A DNA stretch of 64,000 nt from NCBI GenBank assembly GCA_026770705.1, contig JANJGN010000026.1:38316001-38380000 (forward strand). The letters are read 5' to 3'. The notes beneath the pieces are model-generated. The model did not search any database. It saw only the letters and a program-made list of their open reading frames with translations, and was not told the origin of the DNA. This DNA comes from Isurus oxyrinchus (lineage: Eukaryota). The position numbers and the translations under genes are program-made. Positions 13,810 to 25,699 of this stretch are shown here, piece by piece; position 1 is the first letter of the stretch; each line of letters opens with the position of its first letter.

Positions 13810-15042
13810 TGTACCTATACTTTTCAATAGGAACCTGTTTCTGATATTTTTAATGTTGATCTTGCTTGTGTTAGGGATCCACGATGACCTCTTTCATTTG
13901 TTGTTTAATGCAAAACAATTTTGCAACTATGCTTACACAAAAACTTGTACACTGGAATGTTATACCAGGTCCCCTCTCTGTCTTATTCCTGAACTAGCCC
14001 ATTTCTCTGTTTATGTTACTCCCAGAGAAAGTTTGTGTTATCACTGTTCTAGCGCACGTCTCTGTCTGTATTAGACCAGTACCTGTTATTACTGCACCAG
14101 CCGATTTCTCTGATAATATTTGACCAGGTTCTGTTTCTCCAAATTACTAAACTACTCCATATCTCTGTTTCTATTACACCAGGTCCTGTTACCGTTATTA
14201 TGCTCCAGACTATATTTCCATTTATATTACACCAAGCCTGTCTCGATTATTACTGCACTAGCCCATATCATTGGTTACATTACATCATCTGTCATTACCT
14301 AAACAGCCAATATCTCTTTTTATATTGCACGAGATCTCATCTTTGTTATTCTGCACTGGTCCATATCTTTGCTTATGTTACACCAGGTCCGCTCTCTGCT
14401 TATGCTGCACTTGATCCTGGTTTATTTTCAGACCAATCAGGCAAAAATGATTCGAGCGGTTGCGGTGGAATTTGTGAAGATAATGATAAAAACAGTGGAA
14501 ACAGAAATAATGGAATTTCTCTGGAGAGCAGCAGGAGTTTCAATTCTTCTCATCAACAGGAATAATAAGCCGGAGAATTACAGGTGTATTTATCTCATGT
14601 CAGATATAGATAATGTTTTATTTTTGCCATCATTTGAAGAAGTAACCTCACATTCGATATATATCAGGAGATTCTGTGAGATGCTGAGTTGCCATTTGTT
14701 CATAAGCTGCTTGTTATTCTTGATGGGATTTAATTCACTTTCCAACTGACCATCGGAGACAAATAAACCTACCTCAGAAACTAAGTAGTCAGTCTGATAT
14801 CATTTTATAAACAAATGCACACAACAGAATAATTATCAATAAATTGTTACAGTATTAAACAATCTGCGACTTAAATAAATGTGTAGTTTTGCATTTGAAC
14901 ACAATCACTGAAGGATGGAATGGACTGAAGATTGTCACTGAGAGAAATGAATGGAAATTATTGAAAAAAATGAATTTTCTCCTAAGAGTGTTATTAGATA
15001 ACAGCAGATTCGAAATGAGTAAGAGGCTGTGTCAGAGACTGA

Positions 15043-15094
15043 AAGAGAGAGAGAGACAGAGAGAGAGAGAGTGGGAGAGGGAAAGAGACAGAGA

Positions 15095-15130
<36 letters not shown>
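15043..15130. repeat. (GA)n microsatellite
   Basis: Visible directly in sequence. Confidence 0.95.
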
Positions 15131-15135
<5 letters not shown>

Positions 15136-15619
15136 TACAGTGAGTTAGACGCTGCCTCAGACAGAGAGAGAAGAGATATTCAATGAATTTGGTGATGGAC
15201 GTGATCGTCTTAGTAACGACATGGTCAGTATGACATCACTTCCTAAACAAAAGTGCACAACGAAACATGTTATCAATAAACATTTGCGGTACTAAATCAT
15301 CCGTAGTTACATTCTGAGTGAAAGAAAATTAAGCATTGAAACATTCTGGTGGAGGTCATCGTTAATCTTTGAGAAATGACGGTATAAGCAAGAAGCATGT
15401 TCTTTGTGCATACAACACACATAACAGGCGACACCTGATATACAATTTCCCTAACTGAAACTAAATGAAAATAACTGTCAGGTGCTGCAAAGAATGGGCC
15501 ATCAAATACCGCCCGTTTTAGGCCAACTCCAGAGAAAAATTCCCACGTCAACACCTTTGTTTATAATATTACCCCTCCAAATCACAGAGACATAGAACAC
15601 TGCAGGAATAACAGTGACA

Positions 15620-17480
15620 TGGTCTAGTCTAGAAATAATTGACGCAGGTTTAGTGCAGTAATTACTGAATAAGTACCTGGCTTAATATCAATTGATATTA
15701 ATCCACTCTCGGGGCTAGGATCTGGTGCATAGATTAATAAACTCCTAGAGAGGACCTGGTGCAGTAATAACTGAGATTGCCTCTCGTGTAAGATAAATAA
15801 AAACATGATCCATTGGAATAAAAACAGAGACAAAGTGTGTGTAATATAAGATGTATGAACTCGTGCAGCAACAACAAAGGCAGGCTTGACCTTTGTATGT
15901 AAAAACATTGGGTCCAGAGACTTTGCCATAGGTGATGCAACCAGAGACACGGCTGAAATCGGAACAGCTGAGACGAGGCCGAGCACTGAAATAACTGCGG
16001 CAGGGACTGGTGTAATATTATCATAGACATAATCTATTTCAATATAAACAAAGTCAGGGTCTGGTGCAGTAGTACTGAGACAGGGCTGAGTGCTCCAATT
16101 ATTGATACAGCACCTACAGCAATATAAACCGTGACCGAGCCTAGTCTCAGCGATTGCTGAGCCAGGATTTAGTGCATTAATAACAGACTTGGCCTTGTGT
16201 AATATAAACAGGGACATAGTCTGTACAGCCATAACAAATACAGGATCTAATCTAATTTAAACTGAGACAACGTCTAGTGTAATATAAACTGAGGCAGGTT
16301 CTAGTGTAATATAAACTGAGACGGGGTCTAGAGCAATATAAATTGAGACAGAGTCCAGTGTACTATAAACTGAGACGGGGTCCATTGTAATATAAACTGA
16401 GACAAGGTCCAGTTTAATATAAACAGAAATAAGGTCCAGCGTAATGTAAATGGAGACAGGCAGGGGAATACGTACTCAGGTGTGGTCTAACAGAATATAA
16501 GCAAAGACGTCATCTAATGTAATATAAACAGGGACATGATCTACTGGAATAAAAAGTGAGGCAGTGCCGAGCGCAGTAATAAATGAGGCAAGGCCTTGTG
16601 TAATATGAACAGCAACATGGTCTAGTTTAGTAATAACCAAGACAGGATCTAGTGAAAGGAAACTGACACGGAGTATACTGTAATTTTACCTGTTACAGGA
16701 CCTTGACTAATGTAAACTGAGACAGAACCTAGTGTAGTAATTACCAACTAAGTGCCTGGATTAATATAAAGAGATGTTGGCAAGTGCAGCAATAAGAGAG
16801 ACATTGTATTAACAATAGTAACAGTGACAGGGCATCATGTAATATAAACAGGGACATAGACATAGCATTGACCGAGACATCCACTAGTTTAGTATAAATG
16901 TGGCAGGGTCTATTATTGCAATATCTGAGACAGATATTGTGTCATGCAAACTGGAACATGTTCTGGTTTAGTATAAGCAGAGACAAGTACTAGTGGAGTA
17001 ACAGCTGAGACATGGGCGATTGTCATATCAGCCAAAATATGGGTCAATGCAATCATAACGAAGGGAATGTCGAGTGTAATATGGCCTTGACAAAAACAGA
17101 ATTACCTGGAAAAACTCAGCAGGTCTGGCAGCATCGGCGGAGAAGAAAAGAGTTGACGTTTCGAGTCCTCATGACCCTTCGACAGAACTAGTTCAACTCT
17201 TTTCTTCTCCACCGATGCTGCCAGACCTGCTGAGTTTTTCCAGGCAATTCTGTTTTTGTTTTGGATTTCCAGCATCTGCAGTTTTTTTTGTTTTTATTAT
17301 TATAGTAATATGGCCTTGGTCCGTTGTATTAACAACTGAGATTGGGCCTATTACAGAAATAACTGAGACACGACCGATTGTAATATGATCAGAGATTTGA
17401 ATTAGTGTAATACATATAGACACAGGGTCAAGTTTATTATGAACAGGGACATGGTCCAGTGCAGTAATGATTGAGACAGT
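15620..17480 (-). repeat. Inverted, more degenerate array of the 27-bp satellite
   Basis: TCTAGTGTAATATAAACTGAGACAGGG-like units (clearest at 16250-16450) are reverse complements of the 1-6200 subunit. Confidence 0.85.
17090..17304. mobile_element. Fold-back Penelope-derived element
   Basis: ~17092-17155 is inverted at ~17193-17258. 14-bp TSD GTAATATGGCCTTG at 17076-17089 and 17305-17318. Confidence 0.88.
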
Positions 17481-17595
17481 GTGTCTGTTTCATAAAATGC
17501 CAGTAATCGCTGTTCTACTGCCATCTACTGGATAGACCCCGCTATTGCAGATACTATGAAAATATCGGTTTCAGTGACTGCATCTGATATCAATG

Positions 17596-18870
17596 ATAGA
17601 ATCATAGAATTCTTACAGCGCAGAAGGGTGTCATTCGGCCAGTCGTGTCCGTGCTGAACCCCTGAAGAATGAGTTAACCTATTGTCACTCTTTCCCTGTA
17701 GCCCAGCATTTTATTTCATTTTCAGGTAATGATCCGATTTCTTTTCGAAACCATCAATTGTTCCTCAATCCACCGGACACTTAGGCAGTGCATTCCTTAC
17801 AGCTCACTGCGTGAAAAAAAGTTTTTCCTCTAGTCTCCATTGTTCCTTCTTCAGATTACTTTAAACTTGTGCCCTCTGGCTCTCGAACTTTCAACCAATG
17901 AGAACAATTTCTCCCTATCTCCCCTATCCAGGCGCTTCATGATATTTAATACCTCAGTCAAATCTCCTCTAAACTTTAGCTTCTCCAAGGAGCTTAAAGC
18001 CAACTTCTTCACTCTTTATACATAACTGGAGTTCCTCTACTGGAACATTTTCCATGAATCTTTCCTGTGCCCTCTCTTATGCCTTCAAATTCTTCCAAAA
18101 GTGTGGTGCCCGGAATTGGATGCAATTCTCCAATTGAGGCCTAAGCAGCGTGTCACACAAGTTTAACCTGCTTGCTTTAATACTCTTTTATCCTACTGAT
18201 AAAGTCCAGGATGCTGCATGCTATATTAAGCAGGCTCTCAACTTGTCCTGCCACCTTTTAATAACTTATACAGATCAACATCTGCTCCTGCAGCCCCTTT
18301 GGAATCATACTCTTGAATTTATATTGTCTCTGGGTGTTCTTCCGACTAAAATGAATAACTTCTCACCTTCTCTGTGTGAAATTTCAGCTGTCACTTGCCC
18401 GCCCATTCCACCAACCTGTCTATGTCGCTTTCAATTTCTGCACTATCCTCCTCATGGCTCACAATGTTTCCACATTTGGCAATGTTTCCACATTTCGCAT
18501 CGTCCACATATTTTGAAACTGTACCCTGTACACTAAATCTAGTTCATTGATAAATATTATGAAAAACAGGCGTACCAGAACTGATCCCTGGGGAACTTCA
18601 TTATAATTCTTCCCCTAGACCGATGAACAACCATTCAAAACTATTCTTTGTTTACTGGCACCCAGCCAGTCCCCTATCCATGATGTTACCGTCCATTTTA
18701 TTCAAGCGATACCCAACTTTTTTCACAAGTCCGTTGTGGGGCGCTTCATCAAATGTCTTTTGGAAGTCCATGTAAACCACGTCAGCAGCATTATCCTCAT
18801 CAGCCATCGCTGCTGTGTCATCAAAAAACTCAAGCAAGTTAGTTAAACATGATGTACCCTTTACCGCTCC
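17596..18870 (-). mobile_element. CR1-type LINE, 3' portion
   Basis: ATAGAATCATAGAAT tail. Minus-strand LEFF..ADVVYMDFQKTFD..H..LV RT motif (ORF 18652-18837). Confidence 0.9.
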
Positions 18871-19734
18871 ATACTGGCTTCATGTATCCAGAACCCATGT
18901 CTACTGATGTGGAAAGTCCCGATATTTAAGGTGCAACTATTGCAGATTAACGTGACTGATCTATGCACTTTAAGATGAGCAAAAGAGAAAAGTGTCTAAA
19001 TTCATATTTACTAATTCTTGATGATCTTGCCCAACTCAACATATGCGACATGGGAAGTAATTATTGGATCATGGTACGACCTGAAATATGATGGCAGTGA
19101 TTTCCCCGATACATCAGGTGTTGCAGAACCTCCGAGGTAGCCAGGTTGGGATGTTAAGTTGAAGTGTGTGTGTGTGCCTGTGTGTAAATGTGTGTACACG
19201 CATCATTTGTTTAAAAGTGAAGTGCACAAAAACAAATAATTATATTCACGTATTATGTTCCAGATTTTATTTTATTCAAAATGTAATTGCTGTTCACTTA
19301 GTATCGTTAACATTGACTGAGAAGACATTGAGCGTTCCCTCACCAGAGAACCCCTCTGTTCCTAGTATTCTGTGGGAAATAGGACCAAATTATTCCAAGG
19401 AGAATGAGCAGCTACCCACCAGTCTCTGCGTTTTATTGTTAAGTGTTCGGCTCAGCATTAAACAGAAGCTCTTGATATAAACATCGAGAGGGTGATAATT
19501 TGTGCAACTGATTGCAAAAATGAAAACGATCTATACTTGACCTGAACTTACCCGGTCTTAAAATCCCTCTTTATTATTTCCCTTGCTTGGGAAAGAATGA
19601 AACACTTGCTGCTCTCCAAGAAGTTTCACACTATTTCTGTTGCCATTTTACTCCTTCTTAGCCTGTTGCGTGCATTATTTCCACATGAACTTCTTCCAAT
19701 ATCCTGGGGCATGATCTAGTATAGCAATGTAGAA

Positions 19735-19985
19735 TGCGGTGGCGTGGTGGACTAATATTTCAGAGACCCCGGGTATGAGCCGAGTTTGAATCCCACAAGA
19801 GCAGATGTTGAAATTTGAGTTCAATAAGTCTAATGATAACCATGGCTGAATGCTGTAAAAAAATCTGGTTCACTAATGTCCTTTAGGGAAGGAAATCTGT
19901 TGCCCTCACCTGGTCTGGCCTACATGTGACTTAAGACCCACAGCTATGTGGGTTAACTCTCAAATAGCCCAGTAAGCCACTCTAC
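19735..19985 (+). mobile_element. tRNA-derived shark SINE (DeuSINE/SacSINE-like; name provisional)
   Basis: B-box-like GTTTGAATCCC and core CTGGTTCACTAATGTCCTTTAGGGAAGGAAATCTG, shared with 33795, 55435 and 63660. Confidence 0.7.
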
Positions 19986-20029
19986 TCTGTTGCATCAAAT
20001 GAATGAAACTGGATGGAGCACACGGCAAA

Positions 20030-21451
20030 TTTAGGCCTGCCAGCACTGCACTGCCCTTCGTACTAACATGACAGCTGTCTCATTGATCAGTCAAGCATAG
20101 TCATACTATCTTACAGACAATGTTCCAGGCACCACCTTCGCTGGTTATGTCCCGGCAGCAGCTGGGAAGGAGTTGCCCTAGGAGCCCTCAACATGGACTC
20201 CAGATCTCATGGCATCAGGTCAAACAGGAGCAAGGAAACCTCCTGGTGATTACCAGTACCCCCCTCCCCAACACCTGATGAATCTGTAGTCTTCCATTTT
20301 GAACACCACTTGGAGGAAACAGTGAAGGTGGTAAGGGCACAGAATGTAATCTGAATGGGGGACTCCAATGTCCATCACCTAAGAGTTGGTTGAGTCATAA
20401 AGGCCATGGCTGCTGGACTGGGTCTGGGGCATGTGGTGAGTGAACAAACAAGAGGGAAAAAGATATTTGACCTTATCCCCTCCAATCTGCCTGCCATCTC
20501 CAGATTGAGGGTACCCTCCATCGTGTTGTGTGACACCACACTCGTGCGAAATGGCATAGGTTTCGCAAAGATCTTGCAATTCAATTTTAGACAACAACTA
20601 GGCGCTGTGGGCCATCAGAAGCAGCCGCACTGTGTTCAACCACAACCTGTAACCTCATGGACTGGCATAGACCCCACTCTACCATTACCATCAAGCCAGT
20701 GGATCAACCATGGTTCAATGAAGAGCGCAGTAAGGCATGCCAGGAGCAGCACCAGGCATACCTAAAAATGAGGTGTCAGCCTGGTGAAGCTATAACATAT
20801 GACTGCTTGCGTGCCAAACAGCATAAGCAGCAAGTGATGGACAGAGCTAAACAATTCCACAACCAACGGATCAGATCAAAGCTCTGTCGTGCTGCCACAT
20901 CCAGCCATGAATGGTGGTGGACAATTAAACAACTTGCTAGAAGAAGCGGCGTCTCCAATATCCCCATCCCCTATGAAGAAAGAGTCTAGCAGGTCAGTGC
21001 AAAAGATAAGACTGAAACATTTATTGCAATCTTCGGCTTCCTCCAGAGGTTCCCACAATCACAGATGCCAGTCTTCAGCCAATTCGATTCTCTCCTGGTG
21101 ATATCAAGAAACAGTTGAAGGCACTGGATACGGCAAAGGTTATTGGTGCTGACAATATTCCGGCAAAAGTACTGAACATTTGTGCTCCAGAACTTGCCGC
21201 ACTCAGACCGAATATTTTCCAGTACAGCCACAATACAGGCATATACCCAGCAACGTGAAAAATGTCCCAGGTATACCCTGCACACAGAAAGCAGGACAAA
21301 CCCAACCGCCCGAACAGACTATTCTCGACCATCAGTAAAGATATGGAATGGGTCATCAACAGTGCGACCAAGCAGCACTTGCTTAGCAATGAGTTGCTCA
21401 CTGACACCCAGTTTGGGTTCCGCCAGGGCCACTGAGCTCCTGGCCTCATTA
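20030..21451 (+). mobile_element. L2/CR1-group LINE ORF2, degenerate (endonuclease end to RT N-terminus)
   Basis: TRGKKIFDL, DQPWFNEE, EWWWTIKQL, GADNIPA, QFGFRQGH motifs; ends abruptly at ~21451. Confidence 0.85.
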
Positions 21452-21737
21452 CGTCAACGACGGAATGAGACAGATAGACCCTCCGATGAAGAAAGTACCT
21501 GAGCTACCGAGAAAGACAGGGAGAAAGAGAAAGTCAGGGAAAATAATCGGCCCAGAAGCAATTGGTGCCCAATTGTTATCAGTCTTGAGAGACCAGCCAA
21601 TCATGTCGCTGGGAAATGCCTTTCCGTTTCTCAATAAGTGAAGCTTGCCCCGATCCGAATTTCCTCTTTATCTCAGAACAGAGTGTCAACATATTTCTAA
21701 TCTTATCTTACTTCATCCGAATTCTAATCCTGACACC

Positions 21738-22208
21738 ATATGCTCCCAGTGCCCTTTAATGATAATAATGATCTTACTGCATAGTGAGTCAATGTTTAAA
21801 TGGTCCATGTCTGTTCCATTTGTTATATTCATTTCCAGATATTTGATACGTTCTGTGTTTTGTTCCAGGAACAAATGGTCAAGATTCAGTGTCCCAGAAT
21901 CCCCCTGAATTAGCGGCTCTTGAAGGACAAGGCATAAAACTGGAATGTATTTATTCGGCAGCTGGTGTAACTCTGTCCTGGTACATCCAGTACCCCGGGG
22001 AAGCTCCGAGATATTTAATGAAGATATATAGCTCGGGGAATGCAGAAAATTTCCAGATTTCCCAGATAGATTCTCCGCTGTTTTGCACAATGGGAACAAA
22101 ACGGTTCCTTTAAATACCGCTGGGGCTTTTCTCTCCGACAGCGCCGTGTATTTCTGTGCCATGGAACCCACACTGCTGCAGAGATATAGCGTATCCCGTA
22201 CAAAAACC
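21738..22208 (+). pseudogene. TCR alpha/delta-like V pseudogene (paralog of the 32414 V)
   Basis: Leader 21738-21783 with start codon changed to ATA, donor GTGAGT. V exon from 21869: LEC..WYIQYPGEAP, 1-nt frameshift near 22050, then SDSAVYFCAMEP. RSS CACACTG 22169-22175, nonamer ACAAAAACC 22200-22208. Confidence 0.93.
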
Positions 22209-22232
22209 CCGCTGGGAGTTCCAGTCAGTGCT

Positions 22233-22246
22233 CAGCAGAGGGCGCT
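22233..22246 (+). promoter_or_regulatory. RSS-adjacent CTCF motif CAGCAGAGGGCGCT
   Basis: Matches CTCF core consensus, 24 bp after the nonamer. Equivalent motifs at 26554-26567(-), 31903-31916(-) and 59255-59268(+). Confidence 0.7.
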
Positions 22247-22281
22247 GTCACACCGAAAAAACAGAAACAATTCAGCCTGTA

Positions 22282-22414
22282 ACTCTTTCGAGTACAAACA
22301 CGTTTCCATCTGTTTCAGATGAAGCTACATTGCTTCATAGTTTGCCATTGTGAGATTTGAACTCTTGATCTTGGGGTTGCAAAGCCAGTACCATAACAAC
22401 TTGGCTATTTAGGC
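22282..22414 (-). mobile_element. Short tRNA-derived SINE insertion
   Basis: Minus strand shows A-box-like TAGCCAAGTTG and B-box GTTCAAATC. GCCTGTA repeated at 22275-22281 and 22413-22419. Absent from the duplicate region near 31870. Confidence 0.6.
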
Positions 22415-23134
22415 CTGTAGGTGTCACAGGGTCATTAATGAAATATCAAAACCAATCATAACGCTGAAAAAGAACAGCTGAGCAGCAACTGAGGAATTCT
22501 ATGAGTTGGGATTTTATCATGCATCTATACTATACATGAATTTCCCAAATTAATTTGTGGTGCGTTAATTCACATTTTGCCTTTTGATGATCTTTCCTTG
22601 CCTGTCGGAATTATTGCCCCTTTCTCCATCTCCACTGTCCCTTTCGAAGTCTCTTTGGTCAACGCCGGCACATATTGTCTATTTGACCAGACTATTTTTC
22701 TGGTTCATGGAAGGTAGGTAGAAAATGAACACATTTCACAAGGGAATGATTGCGCTCTTTTAAACAAGCCCCAAGCACAGAGTTCCCTCAATGTGCATTG
22801 TCCTTTCGAGTGTCTGCTTGATATTTTCTTACACCATTCACAACCCGGTGTTTCTGTTTTTCAATAACCAGACAAGGGGATCCATCCCCACCCCTGTCCC
22901 TAATAATATAACATCTCCGTTATAAGGACACAGACAATAGCCCCGCTCGGGCTGTTTACATTCACTGACAGCCGCTCCCCTCCGCCACCAAACCCCCCGC
23001 CCACCCCACCACCTACAGGACTTAAAGAACCAACGGATACACAAGGGAATGAGGTGAGAGGGTCCCGAGAATAACAACCGATTATTGATGGTTTCTTCTA
23101 ATCTCAATTTCCCTTTCACAGAGCGGACAGCAAC

Positions 23135-23600
23135 AATTTCGACAAGCAGCAATTGGGGTGTATGGGGAGTGACCGGGGTATTCCTGACAGGGAACTGTGA
23201 AATAAACACATTTCATCTCATTTTCAAAACATGGTTTCAATCTGAATTTTAAACACTCTCCTGTATGAGCATTTTCTGTTTGATCATGTGTTTCTGGTCT
23301 GAGTTATGGAGATCGTTACTCAGATACTGTCCTCAAATGTTAAGACTGAAGGAGAAGTAACTGGTTTAAGTTTCACTGATGATATTTCACGGAGTGAATG
23401 CGTTTTATTCTGGTACCAGCTGATCCCGATCGGGCTGTAATTACAGGGGCAGTCTTACTCATGTCTGCAGGCAATGGATGAGACAGACAACAGCAAAAGG
23501 ACCGTTCAGACAGTCACACCTCTCTCTGAGTTAAGGAAGTGAACTGTGAAGAGCTCATCAGAAGCAGGGCACAACCGGGGTTTATGTTGGGAAGCAATCT
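23135..23600 (+). pseudogene. Highly degenerate V remnant (family of the 50728 V)
   Basis: CTGAGTTATGGAGAT exon start and QILSSNVKTEGEVTGLS..VLFWYQ. Followed by the family 3' flank at 23650-23830. Confidence 0.6.
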
Positions 23601-23940
23601 CACTCCCCAGTACTTTGTGCTGTGCTTGGGAGCTCCTGCCTGTTGGGGTTTGTACAGAATCCAGGGCAGGTGCAGCCATAATGTCCAGCGGCGCTGTCAG
23701 CAACTCAAACACACACCGAGAGAAAACCACATTCACCTCGGATCAAACCGGCAACAACTGTTTCCAGCAGCGGCCAAGAAAACAAACTGCAGAATCCGAC
23801 CCTACCGAACACATGTCAAATAAAGCTACAGGTTACACCATCTTTCCTGTTTCTGATCAGCTTTTATTTCCCTTAAACTCCGAGCTCGATATTCAGATCA
23901 GCTCCGGGAAAGATGTTTCTGATCCTCAAACCAGACCGTC

Positions 23941-23994
23941 TGACATCACACTGACTGCAGGGCGAAGACGTCTCACAGCTGCAAGGTGACGTCA
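23941..23994. promoter_or_regulatory. CRE/ATF sites upstream of the 24245 V leader
   Basis: TGACATCA 23941-23948 and TGACGTCA 23987-23994. The duplicated region has TGACGTCA at 30259-30266 and 30281-30288. CRE elements are typical of TCR V promoters. Confidence 0.55.
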
Positions 23995-24244
23995 CACAGA
24001 CTGTGGGTGGAGTCTTACTGGCGGATGCTTTGACGCATGCGCACTCCCCTCCCCCACGCCCCATCATGCTGAATCTCCATCGCAGCTTCAGTTTGTGATC
24101 ACAAGTCCCAGAGACTCCGGTCTGGCGGACGCAGTGTAACTAGTGTTGGGCTCAGTTTGATAGGGCACAGCGCTGCCTCCCCCGACAGCGCCTCTTGGCC
24201 TGAATCTGTTGAGAGTTACTTTACTGAAGTCGATAGGGTCCGAC

Positions 24245-24784
24245 ATGAAGCTGAGCCTCACTTTAGTGATCATCTCCCTGGATTTCTCACTTTTCCCTCC
24301 GTGTTAGTGTGCTCACTATTCCTGACCAGAATATTTTATACATCCCTTATGTTGTTTTACATTGTACTTTACTTTATTGTATATCTTCTATTATCTTGTT
24401 CTTATTGTGCTATGTTATAGTTTATTGTGCTAGATAATATTGATTTCATCTTATTACTCTATATCTACATATTCTTCTCAGACTCCACTGACAGTGAAGA
24501 AATGTCACAATCTCCCAAGTCAGTGGTTGCTACCAAAGGAGAAACTGCATCGTTCAGCTGTTCCATTAGAGTAGGAGGACAGATCCTACACTGGTACAGG
24601 CAACACCCGGACAGAACCGTGCAGCACCTGGCCAGTGTTCGAGACAGGATCACAGCTCGTCTGATTGCAGTAGAGAAGAGCAGTTCTCTGAATGTTAGTG
24701 ACGCTCGAGTGACAGACACCACCACCTATTTCTGTGCGGTTGGGACACAGTCCAGCAAAGATCAGTAGAGATCGTACAAACACC
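24245..24784 (+). CDS. TCR alpha-like V segment with open frame and very short CDR2 region (leader 24245-24302, V exon 24482-24745, 23-RSS)
   Basis: Leader MKLSLTLVIISLDFSLFPP with probable donor GTTAGT. V: SQSPKSVVATKGETASFSC..WYRQHPDRTVQHLASVRDRITARL..SSLNVSDARVTDTTTYFCAVG. RSS CACAGTC(24746-24752)-23-ACAAACACC(24776-24784). Confidence 0.85.
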
Positions 24785-25699
24785 TGCCAGCGAGATGCCG
24801 ACGGATTGTAATCGGTACAGACATCAGAGTGGACAGTCTCACTCCGGCTAAACAAAAGCAATAAAGGAGCCTCCACAGTGAGGGTCACAGGGACCTTCCT
24901 AAAACACCTAATAACAGCAGCAAAGAAGAAGAGCTGAGGAACACTTGCGCAATTATATTAGTTGATTTCAACTCGAGTTTGTACCATAATCGATTTTCAT
25001 AAATCAATTTGATCACTTTCATTTAATTATTGCCTTTTTATGCAGTTTCAGTGCCTGTCTGTAATATTGAACAACCCTTCCCCATTTATACACATTGAAC
25101 CCAGCTCACCAGGCAGTGACTGTGATGTCTAAAACAAACTTCAGATATAGAGTTCACCCACTGACCATTGAGCTTCAGAATGTTCCTTCAATGCTGGAAT
25201 ATTTTCTGTACCCATTAACAATCCCAAATTTGCTAGTGATAATGAAAAGATCAGGATTGAACTCCGCGCCTCCCCACCTCCGCCCCCCCCCCCCACCCCC
25301 CACCACGCCCATCTCTAAAAGTGCAGGATTTCCCCTATCTGACTGTAGTCCAGCTCAGGATTTTTCCATTCAATGTCAGTCAGCTCACCACCGAAGGATC
25401 TCACGGACCCATGGAGACACAAAGAAGTGAGATGAAAACTACTTGACACATAGCAGCAAACTATTAAGGGTGGGGATTGGAATGGGTATCTTCAAATCTG
25501 ATTCTGTGATGATCTGTCAGTCGGATCGGATTCTGCAGTTTGTTCTCTCGGTCGCTCCTGGAAACAGTTGGGTGACAGTTTGATCTGAGGTTAAAGTGGT
25601 TTCCTCTTGGTGTGTGTTTGAGCGGTTGACAGCACCGCTGGACATTCTGGCTGCACCTGCCCGAAATTCGATGCAAAACTCAACCGACAAGGATTCCCA

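Noticed and set aside
13045-14074. Three similar ORFs as a gene family
   Set aside because: Products of the 245-bp triplication.
22338-22414. Genuine tRNA gene
   Set aside because: A/B boxes are present, but acceptor-stem pairing is poor and the element has a TSD; treated as a SINE head.
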